Origin: Candidatus Velesiimonas alkalicola | GTDB taxonomy: Bacteria; Omnitrophota; Gorgyraeia; Velesiimonadales; Velesiimonadaceae | Direction: 5' to 3' | Length of the DNA stretch: 64,000 nucleotides | Assembly: GCA_013626165.1 (NCBI GenBank) | Contig: NDHX01000009.1 | Span: 2,007 to 66,006, forward strand | In this document: in pieces, positions 50,047 through 60,430 of the stretch | Position numbering within the stretch: position 1 is the first letter of the stretch | Layout of the letters: the number at the start of each line of letters is the position of its first letter | Program-made: the position numbers and the translations under genes | Notes under the pieces: model-generated | The model's input: the letters and a program-made list of their open reading frames with translations, nothing else | Told to the model about the DNA's origin: nothing | The model's database searches: none

Positions 50047-50075
50047 TTGACATTTGTGTTATCCTTTGTTATACT
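50047..50075 (+). promoter_or_regulatory. Sigma70 promoter of phoU
   Basis: TTGACA-17 nt-TATACT. Confidence 0.75.
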
Positions 50076-50112
50076 AAAACAAATTTAACTTACATTAACA
50101 CCAAAAATAGGA

Positions 50113-50787
50113 ATGATTATGCAGAGACATTTTGATGAGGAATTAAACCTATTAAAAGAAAATCTTCTTCGTATGGCTGCACTTGCAGAGTCTCGTGTCC
50201 GTTCTTGTATAGATGCGCTGGTTTCAAGAGATGAGGAGATAGCAAAAAAGGTTATAGAATCGGATGAACAAATAAATAACATGCAGATGGAAGTAGATGA
50301 AACCTGTCTTAAACTTATTGCTCTTCATCAACCAACCGCTATTGATTTGAGATTTCTTACAATGACAATGAAAATAAGCGACGAACTTGAAAGAATAGGA
50401 GATCTGGCAGTAAATATCGCAGAGTGCTCGCAGAAACTTATTACAGAACCGTTGCTAAAACGACTTATTGATATACCAAGAATGGCAAGGCTTGCCGAAA
50501 ATATGGTCAAGAGCAGCATTGATGCATTTGTAAGGTGGGACGCAGAACTTGCAAAAACAGTATGTGAAAATGATAACGAGGTAGATGGGCTTAAAGACCA
50601 GATACTCAGAGAACTTCTAACATATATGATGGAAGACCAAAAAACAATCACAAGGGCAATAGAATTGATACTTGTATCAAGACATCTTGAAAGAATCGCA
50701 GACCATGCCACAAACATTGCAGAAGATGTAATATATATGGTAAAAGGAGAAGATATCAGGCATCATGCAATGGAAAAAATCAAATAA
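50113..50787 (+). CDS. phoU: Phosphate signalling protein PhoU
   Basis: QPTAIDLR, ELERIGDLAVNIA, HLERIADHATNIAE. Confidence 0.96.
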   Translation: MIMQRHFDEELNLLKENLLRMAALAESRVRSCIDALVSRDEEIAKKVIESDEQINNMQMEVDETCLKLIALHQPTAIDLRFLTMTMKISDELERIGDLAVNIAECSQKLITEPLLKRLIDIPRMARLAENMVKSSIDAFVRWDAELAKTVCENDNEVDGLKDQILRELLTYMMEDQKTITRAIELILVSRHLERIADHATNIAEDVIYMVKGEDIRHHAMEKIK

Positions 50788-50829
50788 CCGGATACCCGTC
50801 CCTGCCTGACCTTAGGGGTTGCTCATAAC

Positions 50830-51312
50830 CTACTTCTCTTCAAGAACCCGCCTTTTTAAGTTTTCTAACCTGGTCACAATGTCCCTGTCTTCTCCTTCGT
50901 CTTTATGCTTTTGAAAATATTCTTTTAACTCTGCTGCTATTATTTCATCTGGGATTAACTCAATGGTTTCATACAAATCTTTTTTTGTTATTTTTTGTAT
51001 AGCAGCCGCTGCTTCTTGTTTTGTCATATGAAGATTTAAACCGAAGGACCCTTCTAATTTTGTCCCTTTTATTTTCTGGACAATCTGTTGAAGTCTATAT
51101 TTAAACTTATTTTCCTGCATATCTAATATCTTTTCTTTATATTTTAGTTTTAATTTTTCAATATCTGCAACAGCAATAGTAGTTTTTGCCATATTTTTCA
51201 CAATGGGAGGGGCAATAACCTCATAAAAAAAATTTAGGTCTTTACTATCTTCGCACAGGCAGGTGCAGACAGCAGAGAAAACAAACACCAATGGTAAAAG
51301 TTTTTTTGCCAT
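50830..51312 (-). CDS. Secreted hypothetical protein
   Basis: Signal-peptide-like N-terminus, helical body. Confidence 0.6.
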   Translation of the reverse strand: MAKKLLPLVFVFSAVCTCLCEDSKDLNFFYEVIAPPIVKNMAKTTIAVADIEKLKLKYKEKILDMQENKFKYRLQQIVQKIKGTKLEGSFGLNLHMTKQEAAAAIQKITKKDLYETIELIPDEIIAAELKEYFQKHKDEGEDRDIVTRLENLKRRVLEEK

Positions 51313-51385
51313 ATCTATTCCATCCCCTCGATTTTGTTCTATCAGACATCTTGAAATAAATCAAATTATATAAGATAATAAAAAT

Positions 51386-53014
51386 ATGTTAAAACTTGGG
51401 CTATGCAGTATAAATTCAACTGTGGGTGATATTCAGAACAATAAAGAAAAAATTATACAAAAAATAAAACAGGCGCAAGGCATGGGTATTGACATAATAA
51501 TATTCCCTGAAATGTGCCTGTGCGGGTATCCTCCCGAGGACCTTCTTTTTAAAAAAACATTTATAGATGATAACAAAACAGCCCTTTACCAGATTATAGA
51601 GTCCTGTCAAAAAATCTGTGTTATGCTCGGTTTTGTTGATAAAAAAAAGAATTCACTTTTTAATTCAATGGCGGTGATAAAAGACAGCAGGCTTAAAGTC
51701 GTCTACAGCAAGATAATTCTTCCAAACTATGGTGTATTTGATGAGAAAAGATATTTTCAAAACGGAAATAAGGCTGAGGTATTTATAATCGGCGGAATAA
51801 AATTAGGGCTTACCATATGCGAAGATATGTGGGAGATAGAGAGTAATGCCTTAAAAGGGCTTTATAAACTAAAACCCGACATTCTTATAAATATATCTGC
51901 CTCTCCCTATCACATGCTTAAATGCCATGCACGAGAAAGTCTGCTGAAAAACATAGCAAGGACATATAACCTGCCGACAGTTTATGTAAATCTTGTAGGG
52001 GGGCAGGATGAACTTCTTTTTGACGGTGGGAATTTGGTATGCTCAAAAAACGGAGAAATTATATTCAGAGGTGAGCACTTTAAGGAAACAACTTCTACAA
52101 TAGTACTGAAAAAAGAAAAAGAAAATCTTATCATAATTTCTGAACAGAAAAACGCAAAATATCTTAAAACCGAAGAAGAAGTATATAAGGCACTTGTGTT
52201 AGGGACGCGGGATTATATTTTAAAAAATAAATTTAAAAAGATTTTACTGGGGGTAAGCGGCGGAATTGACAGTGCGCTTACAGCAAAGATTGCAGGTGAT
52301 GCAATAGGAAGTGAAAATGTAAATGCGCTTATTATGCCTTCAAGGTATTCATCAAAACAGACTATAAAAGATGCTCAAATTGTTTGTAAAAATCTTGGGA
52401 TAAACTATCATATTATTTCAATAGAAAAAATTTTCAGTACATTCTTAAAAATGCTACACTTTTTTTTCAAAGAAACACAGTCCGGGATTGCAGAAGAAAA
52501 CCTCCAGGCAAGAATTCGTGGGGACATTCTTATGGCATTTTCAAATAAGTTTGGATGGCTTGTGCTTTCAACAGGCAACAAGAGTGAATTGAGTATGGGG
52601 TATTGCACACTTTACGGAGATATGGCAGGCGGATTTGCAGTAATAAAAGATGTTCCAAAAACACTGGTTTATAAAATTGTAAGATACTTAAATGAAAAAG
52701 ACAAGAAAAAGATTATTCCGGAAGGCATAATAAAAAGGGCTCCTTCCGCAGAGTTAAAAGAAAATCAGAAAGATGAAGATACACTGCCGCCATATAAAGT
52801 TCTTGATGCCATACTTAAACTATATATAGAAGATGAAATGTCTTTTGAAGAAATAGTTAAAAAGGGATATCCAGCAGATGTTGTTCGTCCTGTTTTACAT
52901 ACAGTTGACCATAACGAATACAAAAGAAGACAGGGAGCACCCGGTATAAAGATTACACCAAAAGCGTTCGGTAAAGACAGAAGATTCCCGATAGTGAACA
53001 GGTATAGGGATTAG
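51386..53014 (+). CDS. nadE: Glutamine-dependent NAD+ synthetase
   Basis: Nitrilase domain (FPEM, LPNYGVFDEKRYF, ICED) plus GVSGGIDS, ENLQARIRG, TGNKSE. Confidence 0.96.
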   Translation: MLKLGLCSINSTVGDIQNNKEKIIQKIKQAQGMGIDIIIFPEMCLCGYPPEDLLFKKTFIDDNKTALYQIIESCQKICVMLGFVDKKKNSLFNSMAVIKDSRLKVVYSKIILPNYGVFDEKRYFQNGNKAEVFIIGGIKLGLTICEDMWEIESNALKGLYKLKPDILINISASPYHMLKCHARESLLKNIARTYNLPTVYVNLVGGQDELLFDGGNLVCSKNGEIIFRGEHFKETTSTIVLKKEKENLIIISEQKNAKYLKTEEEVYKALVLGTRDYILKNKFKKILLGVSGGIDSALTAKIAGDAIGSENVNALIMPSRYSSKQTIKDAQIVCKNLGINYHIISIEKIFSTFLKMLHFFFKETQSGIAEENLQARIRGDILMAFSNKFGWLVLSTGNKSELSMGYCTLYGDMAGGFAVIKDVPKTLVYKIVRYLNEKDKKKIIPEGIIKRAPSAELKENQKDEDTLPPYKVLDAILKLYIEDEMSFEEIVKKGYPADVVRPVLHTVDHNEYKRRQGAPGIKITPKAFGKDRRFPIVNRYRD

Positions 53015-53081
53015 GTAAGACATAGTTCCTGTTGAAAGTAAAAAAGAGAAATAGGGTGGATGCTTATTCCATCGGGTTATA

Positions 53082-53429
53082 AAATACAGGCTCAATAATC
53101 TTGAATTCGGAACAATTGACGGGATACCGAGACTTATAGATATAGGGCAGTGCAACAACGCATATTCTGCAATTCAGGTTGCACTTGAACTTGCAAAGGC
53201 GTTCAACTGCACTGTAAACGAACTACCGCTTTCCCTTATACTTTCCTGGTATGAACAAAAAGCGGTGGCAATACTTTTAAGTCTACTTTATCTTGGCGTA
53301 AAAGGTATAAGGCTGGGCCCTACTCCTCCTGCATTCATAACACCGAATGTATTCAAAATAATACAGGAAAAGTTTGACCTAAAACTTATAACAAAACCTG
53401 AAAAAGACTTAAAAGAGATATTTGGGTGA
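53082..53429 (+). pseudogene. hcp: Hybrid cluster protein (hydroxylamine reductase) C-terminal fragment
   Basis: Manual translation [34 protein letters not shown]...[13 protein letters not shown]...GPTPPAF; no start; missed by the ORF track. Confidence 0.88.
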
Positions 53430-53636
53430 TACGGGACACAGCAAGTAGGGGATTTAAATACATGAGGGGTCTGGGAGTTTTCTATATCCTACGACCCATC
53501 GTTCTGATCCTGAACAAAGTGAAGGGGAAGAATCTCTGGCTAATAGGAATAAACAAGGGCCTACCCCCTTAGACTCAGTCGGGGTAGGGCCAGGCAGGGA
53601 TGTTTTTTTCGGTCCCTATAAGCTTCAAAGGCATAC

Positions 53637-53876
53637 TTAAAAATATCTTTTAGGTCTTTTTGCCGATTTATGAATCTGGACCTTTATTTTTTTAGGTTCG
53701 CAAAATTCTTTTCTGTGGGTTTTGAGCCAATCTTTGCCATGCCTTTGTATCCATTCAATGGCAGCCTTTTCCATCCCTACATCAGAACCTGTCTTTTCAC
53801 TTTCAATCCATTTGTGCTTTGTAATCTCTTCAAGTGCCTCTGGGTCGGCAAGAAAATTATACGGGGACATAGACAC
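53637..53876 (-). CDS. DUF4032-like small protein
   Basis: EEITKHKWIESEKTGSDVGMEKAAIEWI; SD AAGGAGG; paralog of 57475..57717. Confidence 0.75.
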   Translation of the reverse strand: MSMSPYNFLADPEALEEITKHKWIESEKTGSDVGMEKAAIEWIQRHGKDWLKTHRKEFCEPKKIKVQIHKSAKRPKRYF

Positions 53877-53915
53877 CTCCTTCTTTTACTCTTGTAGATA
53901 AGTATAATCAAGGAT

Positions 53916-53954
53916 GGTGTCAAAATAATGGAGGATTTGTGAAATGTTTGTGAA
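53916..53954 (-). promoter_or_regulatory. Pho-box-like array (11-bp period)
   Basis: Minus strand TTCACA-5-TTCACA-5-TCCATT-5-GACACC, then TATACT at 53906-53901. Confidence 0.6.
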
Positions 53955-54108
53955 TTCGGGCACCCTTCGGGCACCCTTTGGGTGTGTTGTTTTTCTTGTT
54001 TTGAAATTTCCCTTTCCCATCGTCCTTGTTGAGGGCTTGCCCTTAACTTGTCCGGGGGCTCGGTAGGTCGGGTATTGAAAAAAACTTTATTTATGTTAAT
54101 ATGATACT

Positions 54109-54795
54109 ATGAGCAGGTTGAACATACTTATTATTGAAGATGACCCACACATATCAAAACTTGTAAAATATAATCTTGAAAGGGAACATTATGATTGCAC
54201 GGTTGTCTCAAACGGAGAAAAGGCGATTGAAATATTAAAAAATAGGGCAGCCAATTTAGTAATACTTGATATAATGCTTCCGGGTATGGATGGTTTTGAA
54301 TTCTGCCGCATTATAAAACAGCACAGTAGCCTTAAAAGCGTACCTATCATTATGCTTACAGCAAAGGGTCAAGAGGTTGACAGGGTTGTAGGGCTTGAAC
54401 TTGGAGCGGATGACTATATTGTAAAGCCATTCAGCATAAGAGAACTTGTACTCAGGATAAAAGCGGTCCTAAAAAGAAAAGAGGAAAAAAAGCCGGAAGA
54501 AACCATAAACATAGGCGATATAACAATTGATATACCAAAACATAAGATTACGGTAAAAAACAAGGATGTTCCTTTTACCGCGATGGAATTCAAACTGCTG
54601 CTTCTTCTTATCGAAAGAGCAGGAAGGGTGCAATCCCGGGAAGATTTACTTTCGGATGTATGGGGCATTGAAAGTGAGATTTTCACAAGAACGGTGGATA
54701 CGCACATAAAAAGAATAAGACAGAAATTGGGAAAACAAAAAGATATGATAGAAACCGTAAGAGGCGTCGGATACCGGTTTAAGGAGATGGAATAA
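54109..54795 (+). CDS. phoB: OmpR-family response regulator PhoB/PhoP
   Basis: Receiver domain (IEDD, LDIMLP, KPF) plus winged helix (TRTVDTHIKRIR, TVRGVGY); paired with a PhoR-like kinase, phoU nearby. Confidence 0.8.
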   Translation: MSRLNILIIEDDPHISKLVKYNLEREHYDCTVVSNGEKAIEILKNRAANLVILDIMLPGMDGFEFCRIIKQHSSLKSVPIIMLTAKGQEVDRVVGLELGADDYIVKPFSIRELVLRIKAVLKRKEEKKPEETINIGDITIDIPKHKITVKNKDVPFTAMEFKLLLLLIERAGRVQSREDLLSDVWGIESEIFTRTVDTHIKRIRQKLGKQKDMIETVRGVGYRFKEME

Positions 54796-55998
54796 ATGTT
54801 TTTTCTGATTCTAATACTTTTACTTTTAGCGGTTTCAATCTACCTGCAGATGAAAATACATAACCAGTCTTCTGTTATAAGAAAAATATCTCTTGATAAA
54901 GAAGATCTTAAAGACGAACTGAAACTGGAAAATCAAAAAGACAGGTTTGGTATGGCGGAACTTGAGGCGATTCTGTCAAGTATGCTTGAAGGGGTTCTCG
55001 TCGTAAATAAGAAAGGCGCCATAAGACTTATGAACCCGTCTTTTAAAAAAACATTTTTTATAGACATTCCCTTTGAGGGAAAGATGCCCCTGGAGGTGGT
55101 AAGAAACAATATTATCCAGGATGTTGTAGATAAAACTCTTAAAGGGGAGATTATAAGCGAAGAGATCTCACTTCCTACATTTGAGGAAAAGACCCTTAAG
55201 ATAAACAGTGCCCCTGTCCAAAGAAATGCAAGTGTAGAAGGTGCTGTTTTAGTATTCCATGATATAACACAGATAAGAAAACTTGAAAAGGTAAGACAGG
55301 ATTTTGTAGCAAATGTATCACATGAATTAAGAACGCCTGTTTCCAGTATCCATGGCTATGCGGAAACACTTCTTAAGAGCGGTATAGATGATAAAAAACA
55401 TAACAGAGAATTCGTAAGTATTATATATAAAGCCAGTGAAAGACTTTGCAGGCTTATCAATGACCTTTTGGACCTTTCCAAATTAGAATCAAGCAGAATG
55501 AAGCTCGTTTTTCAGGATATTGACATATCAACAACGATAAAAAAGGTTGTGTCTATTATAGAAACACAAGTGAAGTCAAAACAGATTCAATTAATATTAA
55601 ACATTCCCAAAAATATTCCGATGATTAAAGCAGACGACTCAAAATTATCACAAGTTTTCCTTAATCTTCTTGATAACGCTATAAGATATACACCCGGCGG
55701 TGGGAATATTACAATATCTGCATTTTCAAAAGATGGCACCATCCAGATTGATGTGTCAGACACAGGTATCGGAATACCGGAAAAAGACATACAAAGAATG
55801 TTTGAAAGATTTTACCGTGTGGATAGGGCAAGGTCAATTGAAACAGGAGGCACAGGGCTTGGACTTTCAATAGTAAAACATATTGTTCAGGCACATAATG
55901 GAGATATCTGGGTAAGATCGGAAATGGGAAAAGGTTCAACATTTAGTTTTACAATTCCGGTTGCCAACCCACCTACCCGCCCCCCAAGTCAGGGCTGA
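54796..55998 (+). CDS. phoR: Sensor histidine kinase PhoR
   Basis: PAS domain, [43 protein letters not shown]. Confidence 0.85.
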   Translation: MFFLILILLLLAVSIYLQMKIHNQSSVIRKISLDKEDLKDELKLENQKDRFGMAELEAILSSMLEGVLVVNKKGAIRLMNPSFKKTFFIDIPFEGKMPLEVVRNNIIQDVVDKTLKGEIISEEISLPTFEEKTLKINSAPVQRNASVEGAVLVFHDITQIRKLEKVRQDFVANVSHELRTPVSSIHGYAETLLKSGIDDKKHNREFVSIIYKASERLCRLINDLLDLSKLESSRMKLVFQDIDISTTIKKVVSIIETQVKSKQIQLILNIPKNIPMIKADDSKLSQVFLNLLDNAIRYTPGGGNITISAFSKDGTIQIDVSDTGIGIPEKDIQRMFERFYRVDRARSIETGGTGLGLSIVKHIVQAHNGDIWVRSEMGKGSTFSFTIPVANPPTRPPSQG

Positions 55999-56013
55999 GG
56001 CAGACAGATAAAT

Positions 56014-56052
56014 TTTACAATTTTTTCACCTTTCCTCCACATTGTTTTCACA
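56014..56052 (+). promoter_or_regulatory. Pho-box-like array (4 hexamers, 11-bp period)
   Basis: TTTACA-5-TTCACC-5-TCCACA-5-TTCACA, then GATAAT/TAATAT about 9 nt downstream. Confidence 0.65.
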
Positions 56053-56088
56053 AACCCGCAGATAATATGTAATTCAGCGGAGGGTGTT

Positions 56089-56427
56089 ATGGAAAAAAGA
56101 ACAATTGTTAAGATAAGACAGAAAAAAGAATATCCGGAGGCAAAAAACCATGTTGTTATCGGTGAAATCCTTGAAGAAACCGAACATTATCTGAGACTAA
56201 GATGCAAGGTATTTCACTATAGAACAAGTAACTATAAGACTGCAAAAAGTGTTGATGTGGGAAAGATTAAAATAAGATGGATACCATGGAATATTATTAC
56301 GGTTGTTACGGAATTACCGTCAGATTTTAACTGGGAAAGCGCGAAATTTAAAGTGGACGGCAACGGGAAACTCATATTGGAGGGGCAGTATTCACAAGAA
56401 GAACTAGCAGGGGTTGCAGATTCATAA
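56089..56427 (+). CDS. Hypothetical beta-rich protein
   Basis: SD GGAGG, 112 aa; no family recognised. Confidence 0.75.
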   Translation: MEKRTIVKIRQKKEYPEAKNHVVIGEILEETEHYLRLRCKVFHYRTSNYKTAKSVDVGKIKIRWIPWNIITVVTELPSDFNWESAKFKVDGNGKLILEGQYSQEELAGVADS

Positions 56428-57336
56428 CCGTTCTACAATTTCTATGTGTTCGTTGGGTTTGTATTTTATGATGCTCTCTGATGGATAAAAACCTTTTGGA
56501 AGAAGTGCAAGCGGGTACACAACTGTATTTTTACCTATAAATGTTCCAGGTGATGTTACACAACTGCATCCCACTTGTGAAAAATCACCTAATACAACGC
56601 CTATTTTTCTTCTTCCAAGATCATACTTTTCACCTTCATATTCTATAATTACATTCTTTTTTTGTCCGGTTGAGGAAAATATACCAAAGTTTGCACTTGT
56701 GGCCTGGTTTCCAAAATGCGATTTATATCCACAAATACTATCACCTAAATATGAAATATGAGGAAATTTGGCGCCATCCATCAAGATACTGTTTTTTATC
56801 TCTCCTCCTACTATAACATCATTTCCAATAATAACAGGTCCTCTTATATATGCATTGCCTCTGATCTGACATCTGTCTCCTATAATTACAGGTCCTTTTA
56901 TGGTTGAACAGGGCTCAACTGTCGTATCTTTGCCTATAAATAAACCACCTTCAGAAACAAAAAGATTTGTACCAAAAACAACAGACCCTTTTGATACAAA
57001 AATAGGATCTGGTTCTGCAAAATCATTTACAGGAAAAGAAAATACTGAGAGAGGCTTAAATACCACATCTCCATCAGATATGACCTTAAGTTTGCCAGAG
57101 ATTGGAGAAGTAAGCAGGAGGGGCCTTTCTACATAATTTTTTCTATCTTTTGTTCTGTTCTGTAACCATTTTAGTATATAATCTCCTATAACATCAAGAA
57201 CAGAAACAACAGAACCTGCTTTTTTAAATATATCTTTATGAACAAAAGGATGAGCCTTAAAATCAAAATAAGTTTCTGCCCGAAAAGGTATTGGCACATC
57301 TTTTTTAGGCAAATCTTTTATTTTTATTATTGACAT
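56422..57336 (-). CDS. GlmU-C-terminal-like hexapeptide-repeat acyltransferase
   Basis: IKGPVIIG, AYIRGPVIIG, EIKNSI, HISYLGDSI; start MSIIKI. Confidence 0.8.
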   Translation of the reverse strand: MSIIKIKDLPKKDVPIPFRAETYFDFKAHPFVHKDIFKKAGSVVSVLDVIGDYILKWLQNRTKDRKNYVERPLLLTSPISGKLKVISDGDVVFKPLSVFSFPVNDFAEPDPIFVSKGSVVFGTNLFVSEGGLFIGKDTTVEPCSTIKGPVIIGDRCQIRGNAYIRGPVIIGNDVIVGGEIKNSILMDGAKFPHISYLGDSICGYKSHFGNQATSANFGIFSSTGQKKNVIIEYEGEKYDLGRRKIGVVLGDFSQVGCSCVTSPGTFIGKNTVVYPLALLPKGFYPSESIIKYKPNEHIEIVERL

Positions 57337-57474
57337 AAGATACTTAAGTTCCCGACGGCACAACCCCAATCCCACACACCAGAGCACCAGGGCACCCGCG
57401 CACCAGAGCACCGGAATGCCAGTTACCTGTCACCCGTTATTAGGGTTTTGTAAGGGTCTCAATTTGCACTTTGC

Positions 57475-57717
57475 CTATTTTCTCTTCGTTATTTTTGATG
57501 GCTTTCCACTAGAGCAAGATGTTGCTTTTTTAACAGTCGGGGCAGTTTTTTTACAACATTTTTCAAGATAGGCATCACCATGTTTTTCAATCCAATCTTT
57601 GGCAGCTTTTTCAAATCCAATATCATAGCCTGCCTTTTCACTTTCAACCCACTTGAACTTGTTAATTTCTTCTACTGCCTTTGGGTCTTTTAAAAAATCA
57701 TATTCTACCATATACAC
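57475..57717 (-). CDS. DUF4032-like small protein (paralog)
   Basis: EEINKFKWVESEKAGYDIGFEKAAKDWIEKHG; SD AGGAGG. Confidence 0.75.
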   Translation of the reverse strand: MYMVEYDFLKDPKAVEEINKFKWVESEKAGYDIGFEKAAKDWIEKHGDAYLEKCCKKTAPTVKKATSCSSGKPSKITKRK

Positions 57718-57738
57718 CTCCTATTTTCTTTCGTAGAC

Positions 57739-57797
57739 CGTATTTCGTATATCGTATTCCGTAAAAAACGGGCAACTATATACGGAATACGGTATAC
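57739..57797. repeat. Inverted heptamer arrays (CGTATWY / TACGGWA)
   Basis: cgtattt cgtatat cgtattc cgta ... tacggaa tacggta tac. Confidence 0.7.
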
Positions 57798-57825
57798 AAA
57801 CAACGGCTTTCACAAACGACGGCTC

Positions 57826-58686
57826 TTACCCGCCACCTTGTTTTTTTAGTTTCTCTATCCTTACACTCTTTAACATTTCTCTTGCGGTTTGTATATCTTT
57901 TCTTTCTGTTATATCTACAATTATATCACACCCTTTTATTATATAAAATGGAAATTTTTTGTCAACAAGATACTGCACAGCAGAAGGAAGTTCATATTCG
58001 TTTCTTTTTAGGTCATAACCTATAGACCTGCAGGCTTTAAATATATCTGGTGTGAACTTAAAAAGATTCATATTTAGATATATACTTCCCTCTGTACTAT
58101 ATTTTTTAGGGTCTTCAGGTTTTTCAACTATTCTTATAAGACTTGAATGTTCATTATATTGTATAATACCAAATCCTTTAAATCTTTCTTTTCTTATATT
58201 GCTGTTTTTTAATAAAAAACTTTTTTTATATGCTGCAACATAACAGACTTTTGGTTTTGTTGAACACAATTTTTTCAATGTTCCCACACCATACACATTA
58301 TCATAGTTAGAAAGAATAAACTCGTCTTTACCTGCAAACTCTTCTGCACAAAGAACCGCATCGGCTGTTCCCTTTTGATGTTTCTGAATAGCAAAAGATA
58401 TTTTTATGTCCGGGTGTGCCTTTTTTAGGTTTTTTAAGTGTCCTTGTATTTTATCTTCTACAGGTCTTATCACAAAACAGAACTCTTTTATTCCTGCCTG
58501 CAAAAATTGGTCTATAACATAATCAATAAAGGGGGTTTGTGATATTTTAATCAACCCTTTTGCACCTTCATCGGCAAAAGATTCTGTTTCCTTATCAAGA
58601 ACAACAGCAGGGTCTTTTTTTTGCATCCTTGTCCCAAGCCCTGCGGCAAGTATAACTGCTTTTTTTATCATATTAGGGCGTATCAC
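57826..58686 (-). CDS. Sugar-phosphate nucleotidyltransferase
   Basis: AVILAAGLGTRM, Q...KGTADAV, IVEKP, RNEYEL. Confidence 0.88.
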   Translation of the reverse strand: MIRPNMIKKAVILAAGLGTRMQKKDPAVVLDKETESFADEGAKGLIKISQTPFIDYVIDQFLQAGIKEFCFVIRPVEDKIQGHLKNLKKAHPDIKISFAIQKHQKGTADAVLCAEEFAGKDEFILSNYDNVYGVGTLKKLCSTKPKVCYVAAYKKSFLLKNSNIRKERFKGFGIIQYNEHSSLIRIVEKPEDPKKYSTEGSIYLNMNLFKFTPDIFKACRSIGYDLKRNEYELPSAVQYLVDKKFPFYIIKGCDIIVDITERKDIQTAREMLKSVRIEKLKKQGGG

Positions 58687-59333
58687 TTGAAAAACTTTTT
58701 CACAAACTCAATGGTATCAGAACAGATTTTTTTCCAGTCTTCCAGTTCTAATCCTGCGCCGATTGCAATTTTTTTTACCTCTTCATCTGTTCTTAAATCA
58801 TCCGGTTTATGAGAGTCTGTATTAAGAACAAGTTTTGCACCGGCTTTTTTTGCAATCTTTACGATATGGCCGTTTGAAAGGCAATGCCCTTTCCTGCAGG
58901 ATATTTCAAGTCTTATGCCTTTTTTTGCAGCAATCCTTGCTTCTTCCAATGTAATAAGACCCGGATGTGTAAGAATATCTATATCAAGGCCAAGAGCAGT
59001 TTTATTCGTTCCAGCCTGAACAGGTTCTACAAGTGTCTCACCGTGGACAAGAACTATTTTTGCTCCTAAAATTCTTGCCTGTTCTACAATTTCTCTTGTA
59101 TCATCAGGTCTTACATGCGTAATCTCAACACCGGGTATAACCCTTATCATACCTTTTTTGTCAAGTGTGGCGCACGCATTGATAAGTCCGGGCAGTACAT
59201 TTTCAAGGTTAGATGCATCTATGTGGTCAGTTATGGCAATCACTTTATAGCCCTTGACATATGCCCTTCTTACAAGTTCTGATGGCAAAAGAACCCCGTC
59301 GCTTAATAATGAATGTGTATGCAGGTCTATCAT
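58683..59333 (-). CDS. PHP-domain phosphoesterase (histidinol phosphatase-like)
   Basis: DLHTHS, ITDH, GVEITH, HGET, NTDSH. Confidence 0.88.
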   Translation of the reverse strand: MIDLHTHSLLSDGVLLPSELVRRAYVKGYKVIAITDHIDASNLENVLPGLINACATLDKKGMIRVIPGVEITHVRPDDTREIVEQARILGAKIVLVHGETLVEPVQAGTNKTALGLDIDILTHPGLITLEEARIAAKKGIRLEISCRKGHCLSNGHIVKIAKKAGAKLVLNTDSHKPDDLRTDEEVKKIAIGAGLELEDWKKICSDTIEFVKKFFK

Positions 59334-59459
59334 ATTAAATTATTAAATAGGGTCTGCTGAAAAACTATTTTTTATCAATATTTTGAAACAGACGCCCTCT
59401 CACATTTACTATTTTGTTGCTCACCCTGTTTGACTTTATTAAATTCTTGCGATTGTTGT

Positions 59460-60430
59460 GGATAAGTTCATCGCCACCAGCCCCAATCGGATGTTTAACT
59501 CCTCGTTTTTGTAAAGTTTACCGCTCTAACCCGTAGTGAACTTTTGAAACACCAATCCTGGCCTTCAATCTGACGCAAAAGTTTTCCGTCCCAACGGCAC
59601 AAACGCTGCTTTTATTTCTTCATCTGCCACATCTCTCGGTTGGTTTTACTACCGTAAATTTTATCGGTGATGACTACCTCCGGCTTTTTCCCAAGCCGTT
59701 CCTCATAGAGGGAAATACTCTCGTTTAGTACAGCGCTTTTGTGATATGCTTCCGTTAAAAATTTATCTAATAATAAATATCTGTCAACATGACTTACACT
59801 TATTTTCGGACCAAATTCTACTTTCTTGTCCGCTTTTTCTCTTACAATCGGTCTGATGTTCGGCTTGTGAAAACTTACTATTCGGTCTTTAACACTATGG
59901 GTTTTATCTTTCAACATCTCTAACTGTTGTTTGCAAATCTTACGGGCAACCTTGACCTTTTCCTTCGTTACAATGCTTACTCTGGTTGGTAATTCTTTTG
60001 CCTGTCTCATTAGTTCTTCTAACTGCCTGATATTTCGCCTTGTCCATTGTAATAATTGCTTCTTGACTTGCCGTACTTTTTTAATCGTGTGCTGCCTCTT
60101 CTTTGTAAAGCCTGAATAACATTTTTTTTGCTTTCCAACAGTAAGTCCTGATTTTCTTTTTGAGCCCTTCAGTTTTTCTTACTCTTTTTATCGTTTCTAC
60201 CACCCACTGCCTAGCGCTTTCTATAACCCATATATTTGTCAGATATTTGATGTTTGCCGGATACACCGTAGCATCCACCATCTGCTGGCTTGTCTTGATT
60301 ATCTTTTTGTCTTTCAGTACTGAAAGTATCTTATTTTTAAACTTCTTGAAATATTTTGTCCCAAGCCGTTTGACGGGCTCCACGCCTGTCCGCCTCCATA
60401 CGCCAGCTTAGTCTCGGTGCGGGCGTTTCC
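59460..60430 (-). mobile_element. IS5-family transposase pseudogene (frameshifted)
   Basis: MVDATVYPANIKY, DRIVSFHKPNIRPIVR..KVEFGPK, TDKIYGS, IEGRIGVSKVHYGL, spread across several frames; boundaries approximate. Confidence 0.8.
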
